Shown in pieces: positions 28,516 to 41,165 of a stretch of 64,000 nt of DNA. The notes beneath the pieces are model-generated. The model saw only the letters and a program-made list of their open reading frames with translations. It searched no databases and was not told the origin of the DNA. A program made the position numbers and the translations under genes. The number at the start of each line of letters is the position of its first letter. The first letter of the stretch is position 1. Origin of the DNA: Octopus sinensis (Eukaryota); NCBI RefSeq assembly GCF_006345805.1, contig NC_042999.1:147932001-147996000 (forward strand). The letters are read 5' to 3'.

Positions 28516-29614
28516 GTATGTAATATATATATGCACGCATACACGCATATACACACATAGATTACACACACACACACACACATATATATATCATTGAAAC
28601 TAAAAAGGTTTCTTAAAGTGTTATTCTAAGAGGTTTTCTAGATGTTTTTATATAAAACCCATGTTAGCTTTTATTGAACAGATCTCTGAAGAAAGACATT
28701 CAAGCCATTTCTGTTCTGCTTAGTGCGTATTTGAAAATATTTTCTAAGACGACAGCGTATGATTTCTAAGAGTTAGCTGGTATTGCTAGACAGGCTGGTT
28801 GCGAAACCTGAAAGAGTTTCCTGCGTTTCTTTCTCTGTCCTGTGTTACTAACGTTAAAATAGAAAAGCAATAGAGATGAACAAGTTTTAAAATAAGAAAT
28901 CATAGCACGCGTCGTATCAGAAGTATTATTATACGACAAAAGATGTGAAGGTACGTAGCTTTATTAGATAGGAAAACAAAATTGTTACAAATCTACTTGC
29001 CTTTTTAACAATTTAAGGTTATCCATGAAATCAATCACAACAAAACGAAAATGTAACAGAAATTGCTAAATACACGAAATTTATATCTTCATTATGCAAT
29101 CTATTTCGTTCGTAACACAAATTGGTGCGAATAAATGAAGATAAATTACAATAAACGAATAGAGCAAGGTAATTATGGCATTCACTCTACTGATCTTGGG
29201 ATTTTAGAGAATATCTAATTGCTAAATCATCGATCAATGACGTCTCGTTTGTCCACCTCACACAAATATTACTGTCATTCTTCACTCCTTTGCGGCTTTA
29301 ATTATAATTGATATTGAAGTCTCTATGTATAGGAATATAAACGGGGGAAGAAATGTAGTTTGTGCTGCATTAGTTTAGCTGGTTGTAAATGACGATTTTT
29401 GAACTTCAGACTTGAGAAACTAGTGTGACAGGTACAATTTGTTATTAAGCTAACAAGAAGATATACTCTTTCTTCCCTTATACCCTGCAACGTTACTACC
29501 TATTGTATCCTACTGCAATTCATCGTTGTATAACTGAAGTTCTTAATCCATTATTACTGCATTACATCTGCAGAGCGCAAATAGCATGTGTATATATGTA
29601 TGTATATCATAGAA

Positions 29615-29775
29615 TAAGAAGGCTTGCTGGCAGAACAGTTAGCACTTCGGGCAAAATGTTTAACAGCATATCTTTCGGCTCTCTTAACGTTCGCGCCGAG
29701 GTCAACTTTGCCTTTCATCATTTCAGGTTTGGTAAAATAAAGTACCAGCCAAATACTTGGGGCGATGTAATGCTG
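29615..29775 (+). mobile_element. Degenerate SINE family A
   Basis: CTGGCAGAACAGTTAGCAC...GCCGAGGTCAACTTTGCCTTTCATC...AAGTACCAG. Confidence 0.75.
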
Positions 29776-31111
29776 ATATTTCGAATGGTTTTATAGGGTT
29801 GTGTTAATAAATTAATTTTCTGCTACACCATTTACACACTCTTCCTTACCTTGACTAAATTATCTAACTGACTATTTAAATGCATACATTCCCTTTGCTT
29901 TATAATCTCCAGGTACAACCGATGCTTCCTAAAGAGATATTTGAGAGAGCTTTTTTTTTGTCTTTCTTCTATTGTTCACTATTATTTTTTCAAGTTATGC
30001 AACTTTTCTTTTGTTTTTCCAAGCATTCACCACTGAGTGGAAGCTAGTTTGTAAGTTGCTTGAACTTTGTATAAGGTTAGCATCAAGACTTACCGTCGAG
30101 TTGCGTATCTTGACTCCTATGATAGGCGTTCAATTGCGATTACATATACAAAATTATCTCCTCTATCTGCCCAAGCTGAAGATAATTACAGTATAGAGCA
30201 TCCGGCTTCGGATAAAATGGATCGTTCAGAAGACTATGTTGTTATAGTTGGTTGAATTCTTTGAAGCGTGTTTATTAAAATTTGTTTTTGCTTGCACAAG
30301 TAATCTTCATCGGTGTTTTGTGGAGGAAGAAGGCTTTGTGTGTGCTTAGCCTCTAACTTTTAGCTGTCATGTTAATAAAATATAGGTTTACCGATTTCTT
30401 TCCTCAGCACCGATGAAGCTTCTGTAGAGAAACCAAACAGCACCGTGCCTTTTATCTAGCTGGAAGAATTTTCGAACAAACTGGACTTCATAGGGATCAC
30501 AATTATCTCAAAATCCTTCGAAATGATAATAGTAAAGTTCTCTTGAAATTCAGTTACCTTACGCAATATACAATTTAAGTGACGAACAAAAGTCGATGCT
30601 ATGGAAGTGGATGAATCTAATTTTTTTTACCATTTTAAGCCCACAAGACACAGATGTTCATTTTCACTGAGTGTATATTAGACATTAACTTTAGTATTGA
30701 TGATGCCCGTAATTTGATAACTTTACTGATGTCGGTTATCGCCGAGTTCAGAATTGCGTTTAGGGATAAAAATAGTGCCATCAATAATCACGAGGATCTA
30801 TTAGATCTCTTCGCGACTCAAACTACAGATAAGTGGAAAGAGTAAAATGTTATTTGAGTATCTTGACTATAAGAGCCGATGATCAGAATTAAAATGCGGA
30901 GCATTCTGTTCTCGAACTAGCGCTAGATTATATACGGCCTCTAGTTGTAATTTTTTTTACTATTCATTAATAAACAACAAAAAAAAACAGTATTTTATAT
31001 AGTTTCCACGCGTTTCTTCTCTTTATTCTGTGAGTTATGAACTCGATCATGCTTTATTAGGAAGTAGAATTGTGTGCTTTATATTTCTACATTTTTTATG
31101 AAACATTATAG

Positions 31112-31385
31112 GGCGGAGAGCTGGCAGAATCGTTAGCACGTCGGGCAAAATGCTTAGCGGTATTTCGTCTGTCTTTACGTTCTGATTTCAAATTCCGCCG
31201 AGGTCGACTTTGCTTTTCATCCTTTCGCGGTCAATAAATTAAGTACCAGTTACGCACTGGGGTCGATATAATCGACCTAATCCGTCTGTCTGTCCTTGTT
31301 TGTCCTCTCTGTGTTTAGCCCCTTGTGGGTAGTAAAGAAATAGTTATTTCGTCTGCCGCTACGTAATGATTTCAAATTCCGGATT
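31112..31385 (+). mobile_element. SINE family A, full length
   Basis: GGCGGAGAGCTGGCAGAATCGTTAGCACG...GTCGACTTTGC...AGCCCCTTGTGGGTAGTAAAGAAATAG. Confidence 0.9.
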
Positions 31386-31725
31386 TGAAAAATTATAATA
31401 TATCAGGATGAGACACGTGTTATTTGGGCTCTAATTTATATGTTAATGTTTTGGCGTATCTGCTGATGAGAACTTCGCCTAGCAGATTATTTAGTTTGCT
31501 AATTAAAGTTCGGAACCTGAGAGCCGGCTGCGAAACACGGTAAATGTTTTTATTCTTCATTCCCTTCGAAATTGTTCTTAGCTGTGGTTTGGACTTTGTG
31601 ATTATTCTTTCTAGCATGTTAGGCAACCTGTTAAGGTTTCGCCTCTTTGTACTTATATATATATATATATACATATGTATACAAAAATACACATACACAC
31701 GTATTTTCACATACATATGGATATA

Positions 31726-31768
<43 letters not shown>

Positions 31769-31877
31769 GGTATGCATGTATATATATATATGTGTGTGTG
31801 TGAGTATCTGTTATATATATATATATATATATAATATATATATATATGTATATATATATGTGTGTGTGTGTGTGTGG

Positions 31878-31912
<35 letters not shown>

Positions 31913-32199
31913 CAGATACTCACACACACACACATACACATACGGCGGCAGCGGACGCGGCACGATGGACGCGGCAGTGGGGGACGATTTGGTTATGGCG
32001 CTGATTGTAGCAAGAAAAAATGTTTCCTAATAACTGATGTTATTGATGTTCATTCTCAATAAACACTTCTCTGTTGATAGAGATGCTCAGTAAATATATT
32101 TTTAATATTTTTGTGTGTGTGTTTGCGTGGGTGTGCGTGTGTGTTACACGTTCTTCCACTCTTTCTTTCATACCTTTGCCTTTCTCTTGGATAACACTG

Positions 32200-32432
32200 G
32201 TGGCGTGGAGAGGATAGGCCGGTATGCCGGGCGAAATGCTTAGCGGTATTTCGTCTGCGTTACGTTGTGAGTTCAAATTCCGCCGAGGTCGACTTTGCCT
32301 TTCATCCTATCAGGGTCGATAAATTAAGTACCAGTTATACACTGAGGTCGATGTAATCGACTTAATACCCATGTCTGTCCTTGTTTGTTCCCTCTGTGTT
32401 TAGCCCCTTGTGGGTAATAAAGAAATAGGTAT
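32200..32432 (+). mobile_element. SINE family A
   Basis: Same consensus as 31112. Confidence 0.85.
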
Positions 32433-32557
32433 GCATGGGCGACTGCTGGTCTTCCATAAACCACCTTGCCCAGACTTGTGACTAGGAGGGTAACTTTCTA
32501 GGTGCAATCACATGGACAGTGTCGTGACCGAAGGGGATCCCAGACATATATATATAT

Positions 32558-32766
32558 AACGGGAAGCTTTATGAAAATAGACAAAAGTCGAAGGCAGGTG
32601 GAAAACAAACAAACAATTGTATTAGTATGGCGCTCAGGAAATATAAATAAAACAAGTCTTTAACGTTTCGAGCCTACGCTCTTCAACAGAAAGATACACA
32701 GAGAGAAAAAAAACACAGAAAGAAGGAGAGAAAAAAAAATGCGCGCAGTAACTAACGAACCAAGAC
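32558..32766 (-). mobile_element. Solo PLE pLTR-like element between (TA)n tracts, with minimal hammerhead motif at 32657-32694
   Basis: Minus strand UCUUU-CUGUUGA-A-GAGC(GUAG)GCUC-GAAA-CGUU-AAAGA. It resembles the tail of the PLE fragment at 16555-16720. Confidence 0.75.
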
Positions 32767-32768
32767 AT

Positions 32769-32826
<58 letters not shown>

Positions 32827-32974
32827 ATTATATATTGTATATATATATATATTATATATATATATATATATATATCTATATATATATATATATATCTATA
32901 TATATATATGTATATATATATAATATATATATAATATATATATGTATGTATATATATATATATATAATATTATG

Positions 32975-33012
<38 letters not shown>

Positions 33013-33069
33013 ATATATATATATAATATAATATATATATATATATATATATAATATATATATATATAT
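32767..33069. repeat. (TA)n microsatellite
   Basis: Direct reading. Confidence 0.95.
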
Positions 33070-34159
33070 GCTTGGTCCGTCACCAGAGTAATATTTTTAG
33101 GACCTTAAATCAAGAATCAATTTTAGAAAATCATTTTCCGTATTTAGGTAAAATCTGTGTATGTACGTGCATGTGCGTGTGCATGTGCGTAAATGTATTT
33201 TTATAAGTAGATGTTTGCAAGCCAATACGTGTATGCAAGAGACGATGAACACTTTTGTGGAATTTGATGATGTTGTTACAAATGGACGAACCAGTCATTA
33301 AGTATAATTACCGAAATATGTTCTGCTCCTCAAATGCTCTGCTTCCTGGGGGAAGAAGCCCAGAAAACACTTGACCTATTTCTTTTTATATATGTTAAGC
33401 AGCATTGCTCTAAATTACTAAAGAAATTTATGTACACTCCTTCATCTTACGCCGATTTGTCTGTGCAAAATAATTAAAATAGAATACAAAGCAAGAAACA
33501 GTCACCAGCAATAATGGCATTATCCGTTCAAGCTCTCATCCTGTCTCCTATGTGTCCAGCTTCCATAGTAACGTATTGAAGTCAACATACAGAAGTGTCA
33601 TTTGAATGAAGTTGCAAAGAATTTGTTACTATAATTATAAATCAAATTACAGGTGGTTGCCGACAGAAATCAGTAAAAAGAAAAACGAATCATATCTCGT
33701 GGAATTTAAAGACATCCCTTATAGTTCTGAAACCGAAATCATATCACGATCAATTCTGCTTCGTATTTTTTTATGACACACTAAGTCAGAGTCAAATATC
33801 TATGTTTATATAATTGTCTGTTCTCTGTATCCACGTTTATGACCGTATCACGGTGTTTACATTTATGATTTGCTGTGAAAATTTAGATAATGAATTCATA
33901 CTCATGCTCAACGTAAACGCTTTTCAGATGTAATTAAGTTCGATACATAGGTGTTACAAAACTTTCTGTGAGTCTCAAATATTTATGGTGTTGGGTGATA
34001 GACGAGTTCTCTTCTCTGTATGCAACAAAATAAATGGTAGGTAAATATTCTAATCTCACAAATAGAATACAAGTCACTCGACAGTATGGTTCACCAGAAA
34101 ATCTAGTTTCTATTTTGCAGTGTCTATTTTAGAGACGAAAAATAAGATATATATATATA

Positions 34160-34452
34160 TAAATAACTTAGAATAACTTAGAAAGGTTTTGGCCAGTATT
34201 AGCCCAGGCCATGTCTAACTTAATAGCACCACCTGACGAAGTCTTTCAATTCAGGATTTGGGCACCAAGGCCCATTCGAGCAGAGAGTTATTGTTTGCGG
34301 AGACATATCCGGGTGTGGGTGGTTTGTCCGGGACTGTTTGAAGGAATTTGTCCAAAGACTTCTTGAATTTTGTGTGGTCAGTTTCTTTTTTGATGTGTCC
34401 TGGTTGAAGAGAGCGGGTCCAATTGAGGTGAAATAGTTGTGCCGTATTGTCG
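34160..34452 (-). mobile_element. CR1-like LINE 3' end (5'-truncated)
   Basis: TIRHNYFTSIGPALFN...KFKKSLDKFLQTVPDKPPTPGY..ANNNSLLEW, then a 3' UTR hairpin GGCC..GGCC and a (CTAAGTTATT)2 tail. Confidence 0.8.
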
Positions 34453-34456
34453 TTAT

Positions 34457-34569
34457 GTGATATAACGTGATATAACGTGATATAACGTGATATAATGTGA
34501 TATAACGTGATATAACGTGATATAACGTGATATAATGTGATATAACGTGATATAACGTGATATAATGTG

Positions 34570-34574
<5 letters not shown>
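34457..34574. repeat. 10-bp minisatellite (GTGATATAAY) x about 12
   Basis: Direct reading. Confidence 0.95.
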
Positions 34575-34647
<73 letters not shown>

Positions 34648-34663
34648 TGTCTGTGTGTGTGTG

Positions 34664-34932
34664 TGGAAGCGCAACAACTCGCTGTTGTAGGATCGCGGTT
34701 TCGATTCCCAGACCGGGCGTTGTGAGTGTTTATTGAGCGAAAACACCTAAAGCTCCACGATGCTCCGCCAGGGGGTGGTGGTGATCTCTGCTGTACTCTT
34801 TCGCCACTACTTTCTCTCACCCTTTCTTCTGTTGGCCTGCTCACTTAGCCAGCGGGGTGGCGTCATTTGAATGCGAACGCATTGTGACCAGCGATGTGTT
34901 GCAACATCTGAGAGCCTGGTCGATCACGGTGA
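34664..34932 (+). mobile_element. tRNA-derived SINE family B variant
   Basis: GGTTTCGATTCCC B box and GAGCGAAAACACCTAAAGCTCCACG body shared with 59340 and 40150. Its 3' tail differs. Confidence 0.75.
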
Positions 34933-34959
34933 TATATATATATATAAATGAAATTGTTG

Positions 34960-35445
34960 TATACAGTGCTTAGGTGCACTACAGTTGAGAAAAAAGTCAT
35001 CAGATGTACTTTTGGCGGAACCATAGAAGTTTTAAAGGATATAGCGTCTCAACAGCTAACGACTGATGCGGATGGTTTATTCCATGTTTCAACAATTCTG
35101 AGCGTGAAAAAATGTTTCCGTAAGTCATGGGTATTGTGGTGAATTTTGATTTTGTGATCAAGTCCACGTGTGTTTGACATATGGAATTCAAAAAGGTGCC
35201 CAAGATTGTTGTTGGAAAGATGGTGGATAATCTTGTGAGTGTCTACCAAATCCGTTGCCAGACCTCCAATGTGTTCATTCCCAGAGAAGCAAGACGTTCA
35301 GAGTATGGTATTTGCCTGACGACGAGTATTTGTTTTGTTGTACGTTTCTGAACAGTTTCCAGGGTTTTTATATGCTGATCAAGATAGAGGTTCCAGACTG
35401 GTGATGCAAATTCGAAGTGTAGACGTAACATTGTCATATAATACT
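34960..35445 (-). pseudogene. CR1-like LINE ORF2 C-terminal fragment
   Basis: RLHFEFASPVWN...LETVQKRTTK...YSERLASLG, and DLVDTHKII...NTRG...RKHFFTLRIVETWNK. Confidence 0.85.
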
Positions 35446-36323
35446 TTTGTTATCATTGTTTTATTTTTTTAGATCTAGGTCAACCTTGATCAAACAAAAA
35501 TTTAATCAAGTCGTGCAAGCCATTATTGTTTTTTTTTATGCCCGTTGCATTATTCAAGGTTCCCTTTCTTTATTTTTAAAAAAGTAGGTTGTAATTTAAG
35601 AGAGATTTGGCGGTTATTTTTAACAGCTCCTGTGACTACATAGGGTCTTTTCCAAGGTTTGAGTATGAAACATGTAGCAAAAGTGGTTCAGCTAAAGAAA
35701 TAATATCGTGTATGTCCATGTAAATTATTTCATTTTGTGCCTTAAAGGTTAATTCCCACTTACTTTCATTTTATTGAAGTATAGGGTATGTTTTGGTGAA
35801 TTCAGTATATCCTTACGCAATAAATACATAACTTGTCTTAACAATACTTCAACCGTCACATATCATTCATTGGATATCTCTCGTACGTTGAAAGACGCCT
35901 TTCGGCGCACGACCTTCAAAATTTCGTGTAAATTTCAGGTTATTGATATCAGTGATGAGTGATTATTATCTGTGTAGACAGTTTCAACATAGTATTTTAG
36001 CGGCAATTAGCGGTAATTTGTGGTGACATCTCATTACATTCCATATCGTTTGACATTATTGAGCTGAAATGGAATGATCACTGCACGTGTGGATTTTCAT
36101 ATTCTAAGGCAGAATCTGGGTATTTGAAAAAACAGAGAATGTTGCTTCGATTCTGTTCAAACAGATAGCATTGTTATGGTAGCTTTCACGATGGTAGGTT
36201 ATGAATCGGTTCCACGAATAAAACTAAACAATAATAAAGAATTTGTTAGAGTGTGTTTGCAACTCTGAATACAACTAACACATCCTACTTCATAATTTCA
36301 CCTTACACATACAGCTGTACTCC

Positions 36324-36512
36324 TATAGTTCTATACTTGAGAGATGAGGAATTATGTACATTATTTACATTTGACAGATATTTGTCCTCATCTTGTTTGT
36401 TGTTAACATAACGTTTCGGTTGATATATACTCTAGCCTTCATCAGGTGTCTTAGGGAAATTTCGAATCTGGGTTTTCATTCCTACGGTATTTTTCGATGT
36501 TATTATTATTAT
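36324..36512 (-). mobile_element. 3' half of a tRNA-headed SINE-like element (family C) carrying a hammerhead motif at 36405-36450
   Basis: Matches the body of the copy at 37616-37797 in inverted orientation. It contains GACAC-CUGAUGA-A-GGCU..AACC-GAAA-CGUU-AUGUU. Confidence 0.8.
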
Positions 36513-37496
36513 TTTTTTTTTTTCTTCTTTCAAATTTTCTTCCATTTCTTGCCGAGTGTCTTCCCGACTCCTAGGGCAAAGAAACTCAGTGTATATTGGT
36601 AGGCCATTAAACCAAACTCAGTAGTTCGTTCTTTTTTTTTTTTTTTTTAAAGTTAAATTAAAATGCATGAGCAGCAACAGTTCTCACATCGACAATGCTC
36701 TTCTCAATACGTGTGATGTACCAGTTAAGACAATCTTTTGCACTTCTTGCAGGGATGGTAAGCCAGGGATCATTCTCATATAATTTTCGGTTCCCTTCTT
36801 GATCATTCCTAGTGCTCCTACGATCACTGGTATTGTAACCGCCTTGAGATGCCACATTTTCTCAATTTCAATGAGTAGGTCTTTATATTTTCTGAGCTTG
36901 TCAAACTCTTTCGCTGAGATATTATGATCACAGGGGATGCTCATGTCGATCAATAAGCAAACTTTATTGTTTTGGTCTTTCACACAATATCTGGTTTATT
37001 GGCCTTGATGGTTCGGTCTGTATGTACTGGAAAGTCCCACAGAATGGTTACATTTTCTCCTTCAGTTACAGCCTCAGGGTGGTGATTATACCACTTGTCG
37101 GCAGTTTTGATATTGTAATGCCGACTTATTAGCCAGTGGAGATATTGGCCAACTCTGTCATGTCTTAATTTATACTCCACTGGTGCTAAGACTTTACATC
37201 CAGAGATTAGGTGGTCCACTGTTTCAATCATGTCGTTGCAGAATCGGCATTTTGGGTCTGCTCCATTTTTCATCACATTGGCCTGGTAGTTCCGGGTTGA
37301 TAGGCTTTGGTCTTGAGCAGCCAGGATGAAACCTTCGCTCTCTGCTTTTAGCCCTGAGCTCCGCAGCCACTGATGGGTTTGCTTCTGGTCAACATCAGCT
37401 TGTTTGCTGCGGGTCACATATTTGCCGTGCAGAGGTTTCTCCTCCCACCTATCAGCCAATTGCTCGTGCGCTTTTTTCATTGCCATCATTTTCACC

Positions 37497-37500
<4 letters not shown>
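36513..37500 (-). mobile_element. R4/Dong-clade non-LTR retrotransposon, 5'-truncated, inserted in (TAA)n
   Basis: KPLHG, EGFILAAQDQ, CRFC-x8-H-x4-C zinc knuckle, RHD, ILWDF, PDIV..LID..IP...K..KY restriction-like endonuclease and GALG. One frameshift near 36981. A-tail and TAA repeats on both sides. Confidence 0.9.
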
Positions 37501-37545
<45 letters not shown>

Positions 37546-37615
37546 TCACCGAATTAAGGAAGGATAGGAAAATATTAGATTTATAAGCTCTAAAATTCAC
37601 TCCATAATTCCACTC

Positions 37616-37797
37616 GGGCATATGGCATAGTGGTTAAGAGCGCGGGTTACTAACCCCAAGATTCCGAGTTCGATTCCAGGTAGTGACCTGAATAATAATA
37701 ACATCGAAAAATACCATAGAAATGAAAACCCAGGTTCGAAATTTCCCCAACAACAAACAAGATGAAGACAAATATCCGTCAAATGTAAATAATGTAC
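37616..37797 (+). mobile_element. tRNA-headed SINE-like element (family C) lacking the hammerhead segment
   Basis: A box TGGCATAGTGG, anticodon-like stem GGG-TTACTAA-CCC and B box GAGTTCGATTCC. Then (AAT)n and a body matching 36324-36512 minus 48 nt. Confidence 0.85.
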
Positions 37798-38869
37798 TCC
37801 TATAACCCGTGTACTTCAGTGTGTACAATCAGCGTCTGACTACACCACCTAAACAACAATTTCAACTTATAATGCAATTGTAAACTACAAAGCTCAGAAG
37901 ATAAATTATGCTAAACCCTGAAGGATATGCTGACATTGGCAAACTTAAAATTATCTTCGTACCGTTTTCATAAACTACTGGTGCCACAAGACGATTTGAA
38001 GAACTGGAAGGAAGTGTTAGCGTCACTGATTCCGCTTTGGCTGTAGCTGATGATGAGAGAAAGAAGAGGACAATGATGACGACGACGTCGAAGAAGATGA
38101 TGATGATGATAACAACACTGATTAGTTTACTGTCGCCAATTGAGAGACTAAAAATATTAATATTCTTGATATCTTTCTAATCAATACATAAAGGCGAGTT
38201 TAATAACCGTGAATTATTCCAGCAGCGTTACAATATCGACTCTGTCTCTTTCACTTTCTCTCTTTGTCTCTCTCCCCCCTCTTTTACTCTCACTCTCTAA
38301 ATAAATATATATATGTATATATATATTTCTCACTTGTTCTTTCTTCAGAAAAAAAAATCTGGTTTTGTGAGACTATTGATCTCATAAAGAATCATTAGTG
38401 TGTTGAGTTTGTTATTGTTCTCTTTTGTCATTTGCAGTTCTTGTTTTTCCATTTAACTTTTTATTCTGTTTTTCATAGCAATTGCTTCTTGGTTTTTTTT
38501 TTATTTGTTGTTTTTCTTCTTTTTTGTATTAAGTGATTTTTTCTTCCTTAGAATATTGGAAACGTTCGTCTAAGGAAATGACAAAAACAAAATTTCTGGA
38601 GGAAAGACTTCTAAGATAGTTTTAACATTAAAAAAGTAATAAAAGTTGGTTTTAATTTGTTTACAAATTAGAATAACGACCAGCACGACAAAGAACGTTG
38701 AGTGAATCTTATAAACAACAGCTTGTTAGATTTTCCTGAAAAATTTTTTCCTGTTTTTATTTTATCATTTTTTATTGACGTTAACAAAATAACGCAGGTC
38801 TAAAGTAAGTAGAACGTAATAGCAACTTATAAGTAAAACCAAAGGGTCCTAACACCAATAATGTCTCTC

Positions 38870-39023
38870 ACGTTACGTTCCTGTGACAGGCATGTCAAAC
38901 TGAATGACGTTACGTTCCTGTGACAGGCATGTCAAACTGAATGACGTTACGTTCCTGTGACAGGCATGTCAAACTGAATGACGTTACGTTCCTGTGACAG
39001 GCATGTGAAACTGAATGGCGTTA
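38870..39023. repeat. 37-bp minisatellite x4 (ACGTTACGTTCCTGTGACAGGCATGTCAAACTGAATG)
   Basis: Three identical units plus a fourth with one substitution. Confidence 0.95.
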
Positions 39024-39129
39024 GTTTACATTGCTAAAAATCAAACATTGTCGTAGTTAAAAAAATAGACGGATTACTTTACCTAGCAATAAATTATTGC
39101 TTATTAATTTGATACCATATTAATTATTG

Positions 39130-39530
39130 GTTTCAAATTCTACCATAAGGCCATCAGTTTCGAAGGAGCGGGTACTTATTTTATCGACCCGGAAGGATGA
39201 AATGCAAAGTCAATCCCTGCTGGCATTCGAACTTAGAACGTAAAGAAGGAAAAATATCGCTAAGCATTTTGCCTGGCAATTTCTGCCAGCCCGCCGCCTT
39301 AGTCACCGTATTCTTTTCTATTCTGGGCACAAGGCCCCAAATTTTGGGGGAAGGGATCAGTCGATTAGATCGACCCCAACACACAACTGGTACTTAATTT
39401 ATCGACCCCGAAAGGATGAAAAGCAAAGTCGAGCTCGGCGGAATTTGAACTCAGAACGTAAAAGCAGACCAAATACGGTTAAACATTTTGCCCGGCGTGC
39501 TAACGTTTCTGACAGCTCGCCGCCTTAGTC
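39130..39530 (-). mobile_element. Two head-to-tail SINE family A copies
   Basis: Two reverse-complement consensus copies flanked by ACCATATTAATTATT on both sides. Confidence 0.85.
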
Positions 39531-40149
39531 ACCATATTAATTATTACTTAGATATGCAGCGGCCTAGCTTACTTACCGACATACCAATGGATTTAAGGTG
39601 GTAATTTGGCAGAGTTGTTAAAGCATTGGATAGAGTACCTCACAGTACATGCTTCTGTTGTTTGCTCTCCAATTCAAATTCAACGGAAGCCAACCTTGTA
39701 CTTAACCTATCCTTTCGGTGCCAATAATATAGATGTACTTTTGCAGGGCATCGAATTTGCGAAACTGTTAGGGTATCTGAATTTGCGAAACTGTTACGGT
39801 TATGTTTTGCAGTATCTGTTTCCGGGCCTTTGTGTTCTAACAGCAACGCCTACGACGATTTTGGTGCCGGCTCTAAAACTATGATTTTTTAAATTTTTTC
39901 TTTGGACAAGAACAGTAGTGTAGAGATGCAGGGGGAAGTGTTTCATGTAACGATTCTCCAAGTAATCTTATCCAGAGCAACACGTACAGGGGAAGAAGCA
40001 GGGGCAGAAAGTGAGGAACGCATGTGCTAGGTTTCATTTATACGCCGTGATGAAAGCTAAGGACAGATACTTCTGGTAAACTGTTTTCTCCATGCCATAA
40101 TCTCGTTAATATTGTATACTCACACACACACACACATACACATATATTG

Positions 40150-40425
40150 TTATCGTTTGTTCTTTCTCGAGCCATGCCTGGCTCATAAGGGCCAGTTTCT
40201 CGGTTTCATTGGCTTATAGGCTCCACACTTGGACGGGCCGCCTGTCCGTCGCAGGTGAGCTGCTATATGCAGAAGGAAAGAGTGAGAGAAGGTTGTGGCG
40301 AAAGAGTCAGCAGAAGTTCGCCAGTACGGAGCCGCGTGGAGCTTAGGTGTTTCGCTCATCAACACACGCATTGCCCGGTTTGAGATTCGAACCGACTGCT
40401 CTGACCACTTTGTCATGTGCTTCCA
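40150..40425 (-). mobile_element. SINE family B (internally deleted)
   Basis: Reverse complement of the copy at 59340-59640. Confidence 0.85.
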
Positions 40426-40432
40426 CTATATA

Positions 40433-40493
<61 letters not shown>

Positions 40494-40835
40494 ATATATA
40501 TTATCTAGAATAACTATTGGTAAACCATTTTCTCACGCCGTCTCCGAGGAAGGGATATATAAATTATCCCGGAAACAACAGATATAAGACATATTTATAA
40601 ATGTTCTGAAAACTTTCACAGCCTTGAATTTTTATCTCATTCTGTTAATATATATATATGTATATATATATATATAAGATAAACTTATATGGAAATGGAT
40701 GCGTGGCGTTCAATCATATAATAATATAAATAATATATATATATATATATAAGATAAACTTATATGGAAATGGATGCGTGGCGTTCAATCATATAATAAT
40801 ATAAATAATATATATATATATATATATATATAAAT

Positions 40836-41068
40836 ATCTTCATCCATTTCCTTCCGGTCTTTTAAAATATGACCTCGTGTGTACCGTTGGCGATTTTTTT
40901 TCCTCTGTCTTCCCTTCTCTGGATCTTTCCTTCTCCTATGTTTCCCACGAAGAGCTCCGCTCGAAACGTTAAACCCTCCTTCTTTCCTTCTTTCCTGAGC
41001 GTCCGATAATACTATATTTGTTCCACGTCCTCGCGTTGCTGTGTTTTTTTGTGCTTTCTTGTTTGGAT

Positions 41069-41073
<5 letters not shown>
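40836..41073 (+). mobile_element. Solo PLE pLTR-like element between (TA)n tracts with degenerate hammerhead (40940-40974)
   Basis: GUUU-CCCACGA-A-GAGC(UCC)GCUC-GAAA-CGUU-AAAC; the first core box is mutated. Confidence 0.65.

Positions 41074-41160
<87 letters not shown>

Positions 41161-41165
<5 letters not shown>

Noticed and set aside
29940-30900. Short ORFs suggesting a decayed gene or transposase, and a CTTCATCGGTG/CACCGATGAAG inverted pair
   Set aside because: No recognisable domain. The CCGATGA...GAAA spacing does not give consistent hammerhead stems.
34225-34265. CTGACGA as a hammerhead core (similarly CTGATGA at about 10238, 31464 and 42390)
   Set aside because: No correctly placed stem II plus GAAA follows. 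The 34233 instance is antisense CR1 3' UTR.
37616-37690. tRNA gene (also 59340-59410 and 21927-21970)
   Set aside because: A and B boxes are present but there is no proper acceptor stem, and the sequence continues into a repeated SINE body.
38870-39023. 37-bp repeats as a CRISPR array
   Set aside because: The units are contiguous with no spacers, there are no cas genes, and the context is eukaryotic.
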